Of a DNA stretch of 64,000 nt, positions 1-8,713 are shown one piece after another. The first letter of the stretch is position 1. Each line of letters opens with the position of its first letter. The stretch covers positions 16,040 through 80,039 of the forward strand of contig CAZYNM010000001.1 in NCBI GenBank assembly GCA_964648715.1, written 5' to 3'. The position numbers and the translations under genes were made by a program. Origin of the DNA: an uncultured Pseudomonadales bacterium (GTDB lineage: Bacteria; Patescibacteriota; Microgenomatia; UBA1400; PJMF01). The notes beneath the pieces are model-generated. The model did no database searches, had not been told where the DNA came from, and worked only from the letters and a program-made list of their open reading frames with translations.

Positions 1-1
1 T

Positions 2-778
2 CATGAGTTTGCCTGGAACACCTTTGGTTTTGGGTTCCGTGATCTCATTGATGAACAAAAATCATTAGCGTTCTGGCAGACCATTGCACGATTCAAACGT
101 GCCGTAGTAGAAGAAGCAACTCAATATTCCAAAAAACTGGGCGTTAATATCCCTCACACAAATACCACCATCAAGCCATCTGGTACCATCTCCAAACTTT
201 TTGCTCTCACCGAAGGAGCGCACCTCCCAAGTATGCGCGAGTACATTCGCTGGGTGCAGTACCGTTCAGATGATCCCGCTGTAGAGAAGTACCGCAAAAA
301 GGGCTACCCCGTCAAAGAACTGAAAAGCTACCAAGGCTCCACTGTGGTTGGTTTTCCCACTCAACCGCTCATCTGTAGAATTGGTATGAATGGTGAACTC
401 GTGACCGCTGCCGAAGCAACGCCAGAAGAGCAGTACAAGTGGCTAATGCTTCTAGAAAAGTACTGGATTGTGGGTATTGATGAAGCAGGCAAGCCACTAG
501 AAGATACTGGTAACCAAGTGTCGTACACCCTCAAGTATGACCCACAAAAAGTGTCATACAAAGAATTCTCAGCAATGGTACGTCAGTATCAAGGTCTCAT
601 TAAGTGTTGTTCTGTCATGCCTCAACAAGATGCCACAGCCTATGAATACCAGCCTGAGCAGCCAGTCACCATCAGTGAGTTCATGAAGGTGCTCAATGAA
701 ATTGAGCAGGACGAGAACCTTCTTGAAGACATAGATTACGAACACTTAAAATGTGCTAGCGGAGCTTGTCCCATATAG
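2..778 (+). CDS. nrdJ: Ribonucleotide reductase, probably class II (B12-dependent), 3' part only; runs off the window start
   Basis: Frame is open from position 2 (HEFAWNTFGFG...). Contains TTIKPSGTISKL, the conserved RNR strand motif, and a C-terminal CASGACPI redox cysteine pair. The ORF-track start at 233 is internal. Confidence 0.75.
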   Translation, partial: HEFAWNTFGFGFRDLIDEQKSLAFWQTIARFKRAVVEEATQYSKKLGVNIPHTNTTIKPSGTISKLFALTEGAHLPSMREYIRWVQYRSDDPAVEKYRKKGYPVKELKSYQGSTVVGFPTQPLICRIGMNGELVTAAEATPEEQYKWLMLLEKYWIVGIDEAGKPLEDTGNQVSYTLKYDPQKVSYKEFSAMVRQYQGLIKCCSVMPQQDATAYEYQPEQPVTISEFMKVLNEIEQDENLLEDIDYEHLKCASGACPI

Positions 779-847
779 TGGGTACTTGCGGGAAATGGCG
801 CTTGCTCTGTATACTGGTATGAAAGATGGTGTGTTTAGGGCTCTATC

Positions 848-876
848 TTGAGAAAAATGTAGAAATATCGTATAAT
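848..876 (+). promoter_or_regulatory. Sigma70-type promoter for the 910-10051 operon
   Basis: TTGAGA (848-853), 17 nt spacer, TATAAT (871-876). Confidence 0.65.
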
Positions 877-909
877 TTGATACCAGTATCTCGTTAAAGA
901 GAGCACATT

Positions 910-3900
910 ATGACAGAAGCACATAATAACTCCGCAGCAGAAGTTGCACAACAATTAGCTCAAGAACTTTTAAAGCAAACTGGTGCGGCAGATGAACCAC
1001 AAGCTGATCCAATCGGAAAGAGCAAAGAAGTTAAAGATGCAGGTGCGCAACAAAAAGCTGAATTAATTCAGAATCGCATCCAGACTGGTGAGTTAATGAA
1101 TGATCTCCCTGGTACCGTAGCTCTTGCGCGTGAACCAGCTGTAGCGGCTCTTCTGAAAAAGATGCTGACGCCAGCCGACCATCAGACTATTACTGATTTG
1201 ATCCAACAGTTTGATGGAGCCCCAGCTGAAGAGCATAAAGATCCAACTGTGACATCAGCTCCCAGACCAGAGAAAACGAAACAGGTTGCTCCACCTTCTT
1301 CTCATGATGCAGCACCTCAGAATCATGAGAATGAACACGCTGATGATCAAGAAGAGGAAGAAGCAGAAGTTGAACGCATTGCCAGTCCTTTTGATCGTTT
1401 GGGACGTCGTGGCATGGTGCGCAGAATAAATGAAGCTATTGCTGCAGACGCTGCACACCAGGTTTTTGTTGATAGAAACATTGATGTTACGCGCACTCAC
1501 GCATACCAAATGAACGAAGCGTGGGACAATCGCGATAATCCTGAGATAATGGCGCAAATACTCACTGATGCTCTTGCAAACGCTCTCGACCTGCGTATTC
1601 CTCGTAATGTACGTGGTGCAGAGCGGGCAACACAAGCTGCTGAGAACTGGACGATTGCCACTCGCCTTGCTGAGCGCATTGTCAATATTGAAGCAAATCC
1701 AGAACCAAGACGCGGTGTGGCCGCACTCACTGAAGGGATTCGCAATAGAGTAGCTCGTGGTTTCCGTGGGGCACTAGATGCTCTTGGTAGATTCTATAAT
1801 CGCGCAGTAGAAGCAAATGCCGGCACTGTCCGCGGTGTAGACATTGTTCCAGTGGTCTCTCGTGATGTCCAGCGCGCTCAAGCCACTGCTCCAGAACGTG
1901 AGTTTACCCCAGAAGATAGAACACGATTTGAAGCATTTGTTGAACACATTAGAGATGAAAAAGTAAAGAAAAATGTTGCTACACAGTTACGCAAGCTTCG
2001 TACTGAAAATGCTATCCCTGTGGTTGATGAAAGTGATGCAGCTGCAGATGCTGTAGAGGCTCTCACTCCAGAACAAGTATCGCAACGCCAGCATGTACTC
2101 GACCTTATCTCAGATGCCTTTGCCTATCTCAAAGATCTAAACTTTGATCCCGATCTTGAAGATGAAGATATGGCTCTGGAAAATCCTGACGATATTCTTG
2201 CCCTGCTTGAAATTCTCAAGGAACTCAACATTACTATAGATAGTGCAAAAAAGAAAAAAAATGTACGAACTGTTGATGAGTTTATGCCTGTTGCACCTGT
2301 TGTGCCTGAGGACGATGCAGAAGAGCCCGCAGATGATGGCGCTCCAGAATCAGAAGATGATGCACCACAGAAGGAAAAAAAGCTTTCATTGTGGCAACGT
2401 ATGCAGTTTTGGAAGCGTGGTGAACGTGATGCGGACGCGTTTATGGATGGAGATAACGCAGCAGACTTGAATTATCTTCAAGCAGAGCTTAGTGAGGGAT
2501 TGAAGAAACTTCATCCAAAAGATAGAAACTATAAAACTAAGCGTGGTGCATACGTTCGTGCCATCGGTCTTTTAGCACAAGTACAAGCAGGTGAACTTGT
2601 TGAGGGCGATGATATCCCTCGTAATCACAAAGCTATTAATCAACTCAGAAAAGAGCTGAGCGTACTGGGTATAGCAAGTAGAGAAGCAGAAGCAGATGCT
2701 ATCACTACAGACACAGAAGCTCAAAAGAATGCTGAGAAAGCAGTTGATGGCTCAGATCTACCACCAAGCAAGAAACGATGGCTTAAAGATAAGCTCAAGG
2801 CTGGCTGGAATTGTGTAAAAAGTCCCGCATTCCTTCTGGGTGCAGCGACTGGTGTGGCCACGGATATTCTTCTCTATGTAACCGGTGCAGATCATACCTG
2901 GAAGAGGGGCGTATATGTTGCGGCTACAGCATTCCTTGCTGATGGTGCTATGAGTACTTATGTCAGAGCTAAGTTGGTTAGTGCCTCCAGTATGGGAGGA
3001 CCAGTGGGTCTGGGTGCCTATGGTTTATTCTGGGTGCTTGATAAAGGAGTTCAAATTGTAGGCCCGGGAAATGTAAGTAAGTTTGGCGCAGGGTTCTTTG
3101 GTGGCTATGAATTAGCGCATATTGGTCATCATGTCTACGATCAGTATTCAGCCACTGCTGCCACTCACACCGTTACAGCAGGTGAAGGTCAGACAGGCAC
3201 TGGTGCTGATTCAAAACACTCATCGCTTACAGGCGTTGAACCAGTTAAACCAGATCACGGTGAAAAACTCACCGATGATACCCCACCAAAGGCTAACGCT
3301 TCTGTTGATACTCATACAGTCGCTCCTGCAGCAGATGCTCCAAAGGTAGACACAACTGCCAACGTGCAGACTTCTGGTGAACAGCATCTGAGTGGTAATC
3401 CACTTACCGCACAACAAACAAACGTGCAAGCTTCTGGTGAACAGCACTTGAGTGGCAACCCTCTTGCACAAACACAAACGATAGTTGTAGATACTGAGAA
3501 ACTTCAAGATCAAGCACAGAATTGGGCACAGCAAATTGGTGCTTGGTGGAGAAATACTGTAACAAATGCTCAGCAAAATACTGGAGCACAACACCACAAT
3601 CAACAGGGAGAAACAAACCCAAATGCACAATTTATGGCTGATCTGAATCAAAAACGTGCAGGTGTAGATGTCACTGCAAATATTCACGATGGTAGTTCGG
3701 CAGCAGACTCTTCTGCTGACCACAGTAATCAGGGTTCAGACACGATGAATGACGCAGCTGGAAATACAGCTGGTGCCCACGGTGGTGTAGAAACAGGTGA
3801 TCTATCTCATGTTAAAGTCGTTACATTTGACAAACCATATATTTGGGAAGATGTAAAGGCAGTTACTGGAGACAACGGTGCAGTTACTGATGCTGTCAAA

Positions 3901-4878
3901 GATGCAACCGTCATGATGAATCACGCAGGCATGAGCACGCATGAATATCACCAAGGTGATCAAGTTGTTGTGATAGACTCCAACGTCCATACTGTCGCAG
4001 ATCTGCAAGCCTTGCACGCGAATCACCCAGAAGCACAGGGGTATGTCTTCTCTGACACTGCCATTGGGCGCATTGCTGAGTTTTACAAGCAAGCAGCACA
4101 AACACCTGCAGATCACAGAACGCCACTTCAAGAAGACGTGATGCGACATTTCACGGGAGGAACCTCTGGTGAAGAACTTGGTAAACATCCTGCTGCTGTT
4201 GAGGCACTCCTCAAGATTGCCAACGGAGAAACAGTGGATGGCAGTAAGCACATTATTGGTGGCGAGCATGTCGCCGACACCACTGTACATGCTACTACTG
4301 TATCTACTGCAGAAGCCCAACCAGTTGCGGAAGGTGGTGCAAAAGAACTTCTAGATGCTGCTATTGAACAGTACAAGCTGGATCTCAAGCACCCGCTAGC
4401 CGCTCAAGGCGTTATTGATCACTTCATGCATGAAGTCCCTAACAATACGGTTGATCATCCAGAACGGATTGCGCTCTTTGTTGATAACGTCTGGGGTAAA
4501 TGGGTGGATGCCTGTCACACGCTCAACCTGGACCCAATGAAAGCTAATCCAAAAATTGTGGACTATGTCGCCAATCCAGGATATCAAGGTAATGATCTGC
4601 TCACAGTCTCACCAGTACGTGCGGTTATGATTGAATATATCCAGCATGGAAATAGCATGAGTGAGCTTGGTATTACTCGTGGAGCAAATGAGCATACTTT
4701 TCTGAATCTAGATACGGTGCATGGTGTTCTGGCAAAAGTAGATGATAATCCGCTTATTGCCCAACTCATGGCAAACAACGGTGTAGATTCTGCGATTGGT
4801 CAACTCAATATAGAAGATATATTTGGCAATGACGCTGCCGACTATTATAAGAGAGTACAGAACAAGCAAGTACCGTAA
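910..4878 (+). CDS. Giant hypothetical membrane protein (1322 aa)
   Basis: Long ORF with an acidic/charged N-terminal half, a central Gly/Ala-rich hydrophobic block (AFLLGAATGVATDILLYV...FGAGFFGGYELA) and a His/Thr/Gln-rich C-terminal half. No recognised family. Confidence 0.85.
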   Translation: MTEAHNNSAAEVAQQLAQELLKQTGAADEPQADPIGKSKEVKDAGAQQKAELIQNRIQTGELMNDLPGTVALAREPAVAALLKKMLTPADHQTITDLIQQFDGAPAEEHKDPTVTSAPRPEKTKQVAPPSSHDAAPQNHENEHADDQEEEEAEVERIASPFDRLGRRGMVRRINEAIAADAAHQVFVDRNIDVTRTHAYQMNEAWDNRDNPEIMAQILTDALANALDLRIPRNVRGAERATQAAENWTIATRLAERIVNIEANPEPRRGVAALTEGIRNRVARGFRGALDALGRFYNRAVEANAGTVRGVDIVPVVSRDVQRAQATAPEREFTPEDRTRFEAFVEHIRDEKVKKNVATQLRKLRTENAIPVVDESDAAADAVEALTPEQVSQRQHVLDLISDAFAYLKDLNFDPDLEDEDMALENPDDILALLEILKELNITIDSAKKKKNVRTVDEFMPVAPVVPEDDAEEPADDGAPESEDDAPQKEKKLSLWQRMQFWKRGERDADAFMDGDNAADLNYLQAELSEGLKKLHPKDRNYKTKRGAYVRAIGLLAQVQAGELVEGDDIPRNHKAINQLRKELSVLGIASREAEADAITTDTEAQKNAEKAVDGSDLPPSKKRWLKDKLKAGWNCVKSPAFLLGAATGVATDILLYVTGADHTWKRGVYVAATAFLADGAMSTYVRAKLVSASSMGGPVGLGAYGLFWVLDKGVQIVGPGNVSKFGAGFFGGYELAHIGHHVYDQYSATAATHTVTAGEGQTGTGADSKHSSLTGVEPVKPDHGEKLTDDTPPKANASVDTHTVAPAADAPKVDTTANVQTSGEQHLSGNPLTAQQTNVQASGEQHLSGNPLAQTQTIVVDTEKLQDQAQNWAQQIGAWWRNTVTNAQQNTGAQHHNQQGETNPNAQFMADLNQKRAGVDVTANIHDGSSAADSSADHSNQGSDTMNDAAGNTAGAHGGVETGDLSHVKVVTFDKPYIWEDVKAVTGDNGAVTDAVKDATVMMNHAGMSTHEYHQGDQVVVIDSNVHTVADLQALHANHPEAQGYVFSDTAIGRIAEFYKQAAQTPADHRTPLQEDVMRHFTGGTSGEELGKHPAAVEALLKIANGETVDGSKHIIGGEHVADTTVHATTVSTAEAQPVAEGGAKELLDAAIEQYKLDLKHPLAAQGVIDHFMHEVPNNTVDHPERIALFVDNVWGKWVDACHTLNLDPMKANPKIVDYVANPGYQGNDLLTVSPVRAVMIEYIQHGNSMSELGITRGANEHTFLNLDTVHGVLAKVDDNPLIAQLMANNGVDSAIGQLNIEDIFGNDAADYYKRVQNKQVP
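3361..3480 (+). repeat. 60-bp in-frame tandem duplication, 2 copies
   Basis: aacgtgcagacttctggtgaacagcatctgagtggtaatcc versus aacgtgcaagcttctggtgaacagcacttgagtggcaaccc, encoding NVQ(T/A)SGEQHLSGNPL twice. Confidence 0.9.
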
Positions 4879-4906
4879 TAGCTAATACAAAAAGGTTCAA
4901 ACAACT

Positions 4907-5221
4907 ATGTCAGAATCTACTGCCCCAGCTTTTTCAGCGCTGACCAGACTGAAAGACGCACTAACAAAAGCCAATATGAGTGAAGATAATGTCTCATTCA
5001 TACTTGGTCGGCTAACCCGCGTTATCACTGAAACTGTTGTTACTGAAGTTGCTCAGGCTCTAGGTGAAGAAGAGCTTAAACAAGTTGCAAATGTTGCTTC
5101 TGAAGAAGAAAAAATGCAGAAAATGGCGATTCTCTTTGAGCAAAAAACGGGGAAAAGTATTACCGTACTTAGAGAAGAAGTTACTGAAAAAATGGTCGCT
5201 GAATTTGAAGCACTTGAGTAG
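4907..5221 (+). CDS. Small acidic alpha-helical hypothetical protein (reminiscent of CPR DUF5663-like proteins)
   Basis: 104 aa, Glu-rich, amphipathic helical pattern; 28 nt after the giant gene. Family resemblance is from memory only. Confidence 0.7.
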   Translation: MSESTAPAFSALTRLKDALTKANMSEDNVSFILGRLTRVITETVVTEVAQALGEEELKQVANVASEEEKMQKMAILFEQKTGKSITVLREEVTEKMVAEFEALE

Positions 5222-5241
5222 CTGTTTGGTGTGGGGTACCT

Positions 5242-7812
5242 ATGGCAGGTAATGAACAAGAACGGTCACAGGAAAACCATGCAAAATTACAACAGCTTGC
5301 ACGTCCAGTGCTTGAGTACTGTTTGGTTAGCGATGTCCGACTAACAAAAGAAAATGCACCCAAAGCGGTCTCAGCAACAAATGCACTTATTAAGGTAAGT
5401 ACCGAACTTTTTGCGCGTACTCCCGATACTGTCTCACTAAAAACTGCCGAGTACATAGCACAGGTACTGCAAGCAGTACAGTTCAAATTGTTAAGTGTTG
5501 GTCTTCGTACTGATGTTACTGATACAGGTATGGTGGGTTCTAGACCTGAGATTCGCCCTATTATACAGAAACGGAGTGCTGCTTCAGATCCACTTGCGGC
5601 AGCTTCAGAGGCTGGATTGAGAATTGTAGTGGAAAATTCTCATGCATCACCAGCACAGCTCAGAGATAACAGATCAGAACTTGTCGCTGTATACAACTAT
5701 TACGATCAAACGCGTTACCGTAGGCACGCTCAAAAACCTTATAGTGAACAAGAACTAACACAACAGGCTCGAGTGCTGACTGCAATGATTACTTCCCTCA
5801 TTAGTATGGGGAGGAACTTTTCACTTGAACTTAGAGGTGTAGACAACAAAGTGGCTAAACCTGCCCCAGAATTTTCCGGTGCAATGAGTTGGGAAAAAGC
5901 AAAAGGCGCTGTCGAGCTTATTCAATATGCTTCCTTGGAAGGAATGGAACCACTGCGTGATCACCTCAAGAAGTTTGGTGATCAGGAACAACATCAGTTT
6001 CACGATTTTTCTCTTGGCGCTCATGAAGCCGCTGTTATATATAACACGACTCATTATACTGAATTACCCATTTTTCCTGAGTGCCATGTCCAGTTTGATC
6101 CAAAGCTCCAGCGACTCGTTGAAGTAGGTGCGGCGCTCCATGATATTGGCAAAGTAGGTGCGGCAGAAGCAAATAGGCTTGGTTTAGATCCACAAAACAG
6201 AGGAAGAGAACCTAGACATACAGAAAATTCTGCACAGATTGTTGAAACACAGATCCTTAGTAAAATACCCTGGCTAACCGAAGAGGATAAGCAAAGAGTG
6301 TTGTTCCTGGTTAAGCACCATGACTGGCTTGGTGACTTGGGTTTTTATAAAAATGGAGACATCAGAAAGCAGCGGGAGGTCTTCAGAGAAAAGTCTTATG
6401 AGCAGCGCCTACATGAGCTGGTAAGCTCAGTGCGGGAGCCACAAGATCTAGCCTTGCTGTACCGACTAACCTTGTGTGATGTGGCAGGTATAAAAAAGGA
6501 CAATGCGCTGTTGACAAGAGAAGCGCAGCACTTGATTTATGCAGCCTACTGCGAAGCAGTTTCACTATGTCTGCAGAACCAAAGCCAAGAACAGAAACAA
6601 GCACCGATAAATCGCGAATTACAACAAGCTGAGAGTGCTTATTTTAGTCAACAAGCACGCATCGCACGGGGTGAGTCATTCATTGAAGCACAGGGAGGAA
6701 AGGCAGAGCATTCACTCTTTTCATATGCGTTGCCCACCCATCGCTGCTCCATAGATGCAGCAGTGGGTATCTTAAGTTCCGGTATGCTTGTATCGACACA
6801 AGACAGAGGAGTTAACTTCAAAGTTGCTGGCTTAGCTGCCGACTACGGTTGTATCACCTTTATAGGTAAAGGAAATGAAGTAGAGTTACTCCAACCTGAT
6901 GCTCCAAGCCCCTTTGATTACACCCAGAAATGGCAGAAGGGTCACAAACATGCATACAATGTCTTTGACTTAGCTGGTGTTGAAGGAACTTCAAAAGCAC
7001 GTGATTTTGGTGGACACGTAGCAGATATTCTCAAAGCAAAGCATGGTATTGATATCAACGACGAAACGCAGTACCCTCCCGCCAGTCGCACTAATCTTTT
7101 ACGTGAGCATTCTCAGTATTTAGTTGGTGATTGGGCAACCACGGCACAAGTTCCTGCGTGCGAAGGGCCTCAATTGAATGTAGGAATTCGAGCTTCAGAG
7201 AAAGCGTATTATCGCCCTCGTCTCGAATCTGCTGCTCAAAAAATGGGATGCACAGTGGACGACATTAAAGGTGCCGTGAGCACGGAATGTATTTGCGCCA
7301 TTATGGTTCCAGAGTTCTTGACCAAAGAGCCGGTTTATAACCGGTTGGCAGCACTAGCCAGTCAAAGAGGTGTAGATATTGTGATTTCACCGAGCGGTCA
7401 GACAGTGCTTGAGTACCTGGGCGACTCGCTCGCATATTTTTTAGATACAACCCGCTTTGTTCATCAGCCTATTCATAAGCTTGGGCCGTTGGTAGCGAAA
7501 GCCCTGGGAACGCAGTATGGAGTTAAGCTAACCTATCCAGGTGCTCAGACCTATGCAACTAGTACAGAAGGGCAAACATTCATGCAGTATGTGAAGCAGT
7601 ACCTCACGGAAAAGGGTCAATCAACTGATGCATTTGATGTTGTAAGACAGGGTATCGGGAAAAAACTGGTTCGTAGGAATATTTCCGGACAGTTCGCTAA
7701 TACCATGTGTCAAGAAGCGTATCAAGCTGAGCAAGCAACCTATTTTGGTTACAGCTCTAAGCGAGAACTAAAAGCTAAAAAAGCTGATATCAAAAGAAGG
7801 TATCAAGCTTAA
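5242..7812 (+). CDS. Multidomain protein: novel N-terminal domain + HD phosphohydrolase + putative ADP-ribosyltransferase-fold domain
   Basis: HD motifs: HDFSLGAH, GAALHDIGK, PRHTENSA, LVKHHDWLG, LTLCDVAG. ART-like motifs: ALPTHRCSIDAAVGILSSGMLVS...ADYGCITF...GAVSTECICAIMVP. HD call is firm, ART call is tentative. Confidence 0.75.
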   Translation: MAGNEQERSQENHAKLQQLARPVLEYCLVSDVRLTKENAPKAVSATNALIKVSTELFARTPDTVSLKTAEYIAQVLQAVQFKLLSVGLRTDVTDTGMVGSRPEIRPIIQKRSAASDPLAAASEAGLRIVVENSHASPAQLRDNRSELVAVYNYYDQTRYRRHAQKPYSEQELTQQARVLTAMITSLISMGRNFSLELRGVDNKVAKPAPEFSGAMSWEKAKGAVELIQYASLEGMEPLRDHLKKFGDQEQHQFHDFSLGAHEAAVIYNTTHYTELPIFPECHVQFDPKLQRLVEVGAALHDIGKVGAAEANRLGLDPQNRGREPRHTENSAQIVETQILSKIPWLTEEDKQRVLFLVKHHDWLGDLGFYKNGDIRKQREVFREKSYEQRLHELVSSVREPQDLALLYRLTLCDVAGIKKDNALLTREAQHLIYAAYCEAVSLCLQNQSQEQKQAPINRELQQAESAYFSQQARIARGESFIEAQGGKAEHSLFSYALPTHRCSIDAAVGILSSGMLVSTQDRGVNFKVAGLAADYGCITFIGKGNEVELLQPDAPSPFDYTQKWQKGHKHAYNVFDLAGVEGTSKARDFGGHVADILKAKHGIDINDETQYPPASRTNLLREHSQYLVGDWATTAQVPACEGPQLNVGIRASEKAYYRPRLESAAQKMGCTVDDIKGAVSTECICAIMVPEFLTKEPVYNRLAALASQRGVDIVISPSGQTVLEYLGDSLAYFLDTTRFVHQPIHKLGPLVAKALGTQYGVKLTYPGAQTYATSTEGQTFMQYVKQYLTEKGQSTDAFDVVRQGIGKKLVRRNISGQFANTMCQEAYQAEQATYFGYSSKRELKAKKADIKRRYQA

Positions 7813-8708
7813 TGTCAAAAGAAAATTCTGGTAAGAGCGAGACGCCAGTTGGTAGAGACACACAGGAGCTGCAGCTTACTGAATGGATTACGCTTGAGAT
7901 TGTCGTTGGTGATATAACTTCAGTAGAAGCAGATGCTGTTGTATGTTCTTCAAATGGCTTCTTATTGATGGGTAGTGGCTCCGCAGGTGCATTACGGGAA
8001 GCAGGAGGGTATTACAATCCTACAGCAGACAGTGCAGCACGTATGCACGCACACATGGCACATCTACCCTTGCGGCTTGCGGAAAGCAGTACCGGCTTTG
8101 CTCGTCTGGAAAGACAGTCAGTTCATATTGCGACTGATAGAGAAGGTAGGCACTATTTCTCTGATGTTCAGACGGGCGCATTCGATCTCCTGGCACACAA
8201 TGGAATTGATGAGAAAACAGGGCTGTATAAGCCATACAAAGTGGGAGATGTTGTCCGTCAACCACTGCGCTTGGCAGCCGACAAAGATGGTACCCTACCT
8301 CGGGTTCTGTACCATGTTATTGCTATGACGTACAAACTGGCTATGGTGAAGCACAAAGACGTTGCTTATTATGTACTTGGTGATAAAGTCCCCGCCACGC
8401 CAAACTCCATTGATGCGTGTATGCATGCCTTACTTGCTCAGCTTCAAACTACTTCAGATTCGACTGTGGCAATACCCCTGATAGGTAGCAACAAAGGTGG
8501 ACTCACTGCCACCGATTCTGCACGAACAATTGTCCTAAGTTTACAAAGCTCATCAGCAGAGAAAAAGCTGCATGTTAAACTAGTACTTGATAAAGAGGTT
8601 GCTCAAAAGAACCCCGAATTGAGGACCATTCTGGAAAGAGCCGTCTCATCACGACCCAATCAGGTGGGCATGCTAATACAGGCCATAAAAGCTAAATTAG
8701 GTGGCTAA
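7812..8708 (+). CDS. Macrodomain (ADP-ribose binding/hydrolase) protein with a long insertion
   Basis: IVVGDITSVEADAVVCSSNGFLLMGSGSAGAL and TVAIPLIGSNKGGL match the macrodomain signature loops. TAATG stop/start overlap with the upstream gene. Confidence 0.85.
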   Translation: MSKENSGKSETPVGRDTQELQLTEWITLEIVVGDITSVEADAVVCSSNGFLLMGSGSAGALREAGGYYNPTADSAARMHAHMAHLPLRLAESSTGFARLERQSVHIATDREGRHYFSDVQTGAFDLLAHNGIDEKTGLYKPYKVGDVVRQPLRLAADKDGTLPRVLYHVIAMTYKLAMVKHKDVAYYVLGDKVPATPNSIDACMHALLAQLQTTSDSTVAIPLIGSNKGGLTATDSARTIVLSLQSSSAEKKLHVKLVLDKEVAQKNPELRTILERAVSSRPNQVGMLIQAIKAKLGG

Positions 8709-8713
8709 AAGAT

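Noticed and set aside
6122-6164. 13-bp direct repeat AAGTAGGTGCGGC flanking the HD motif codons
   Set aside because: In frame (VGAA twice), only two copies 30 nt apart around an essential motif; no sign of a mobile-element target duplication.
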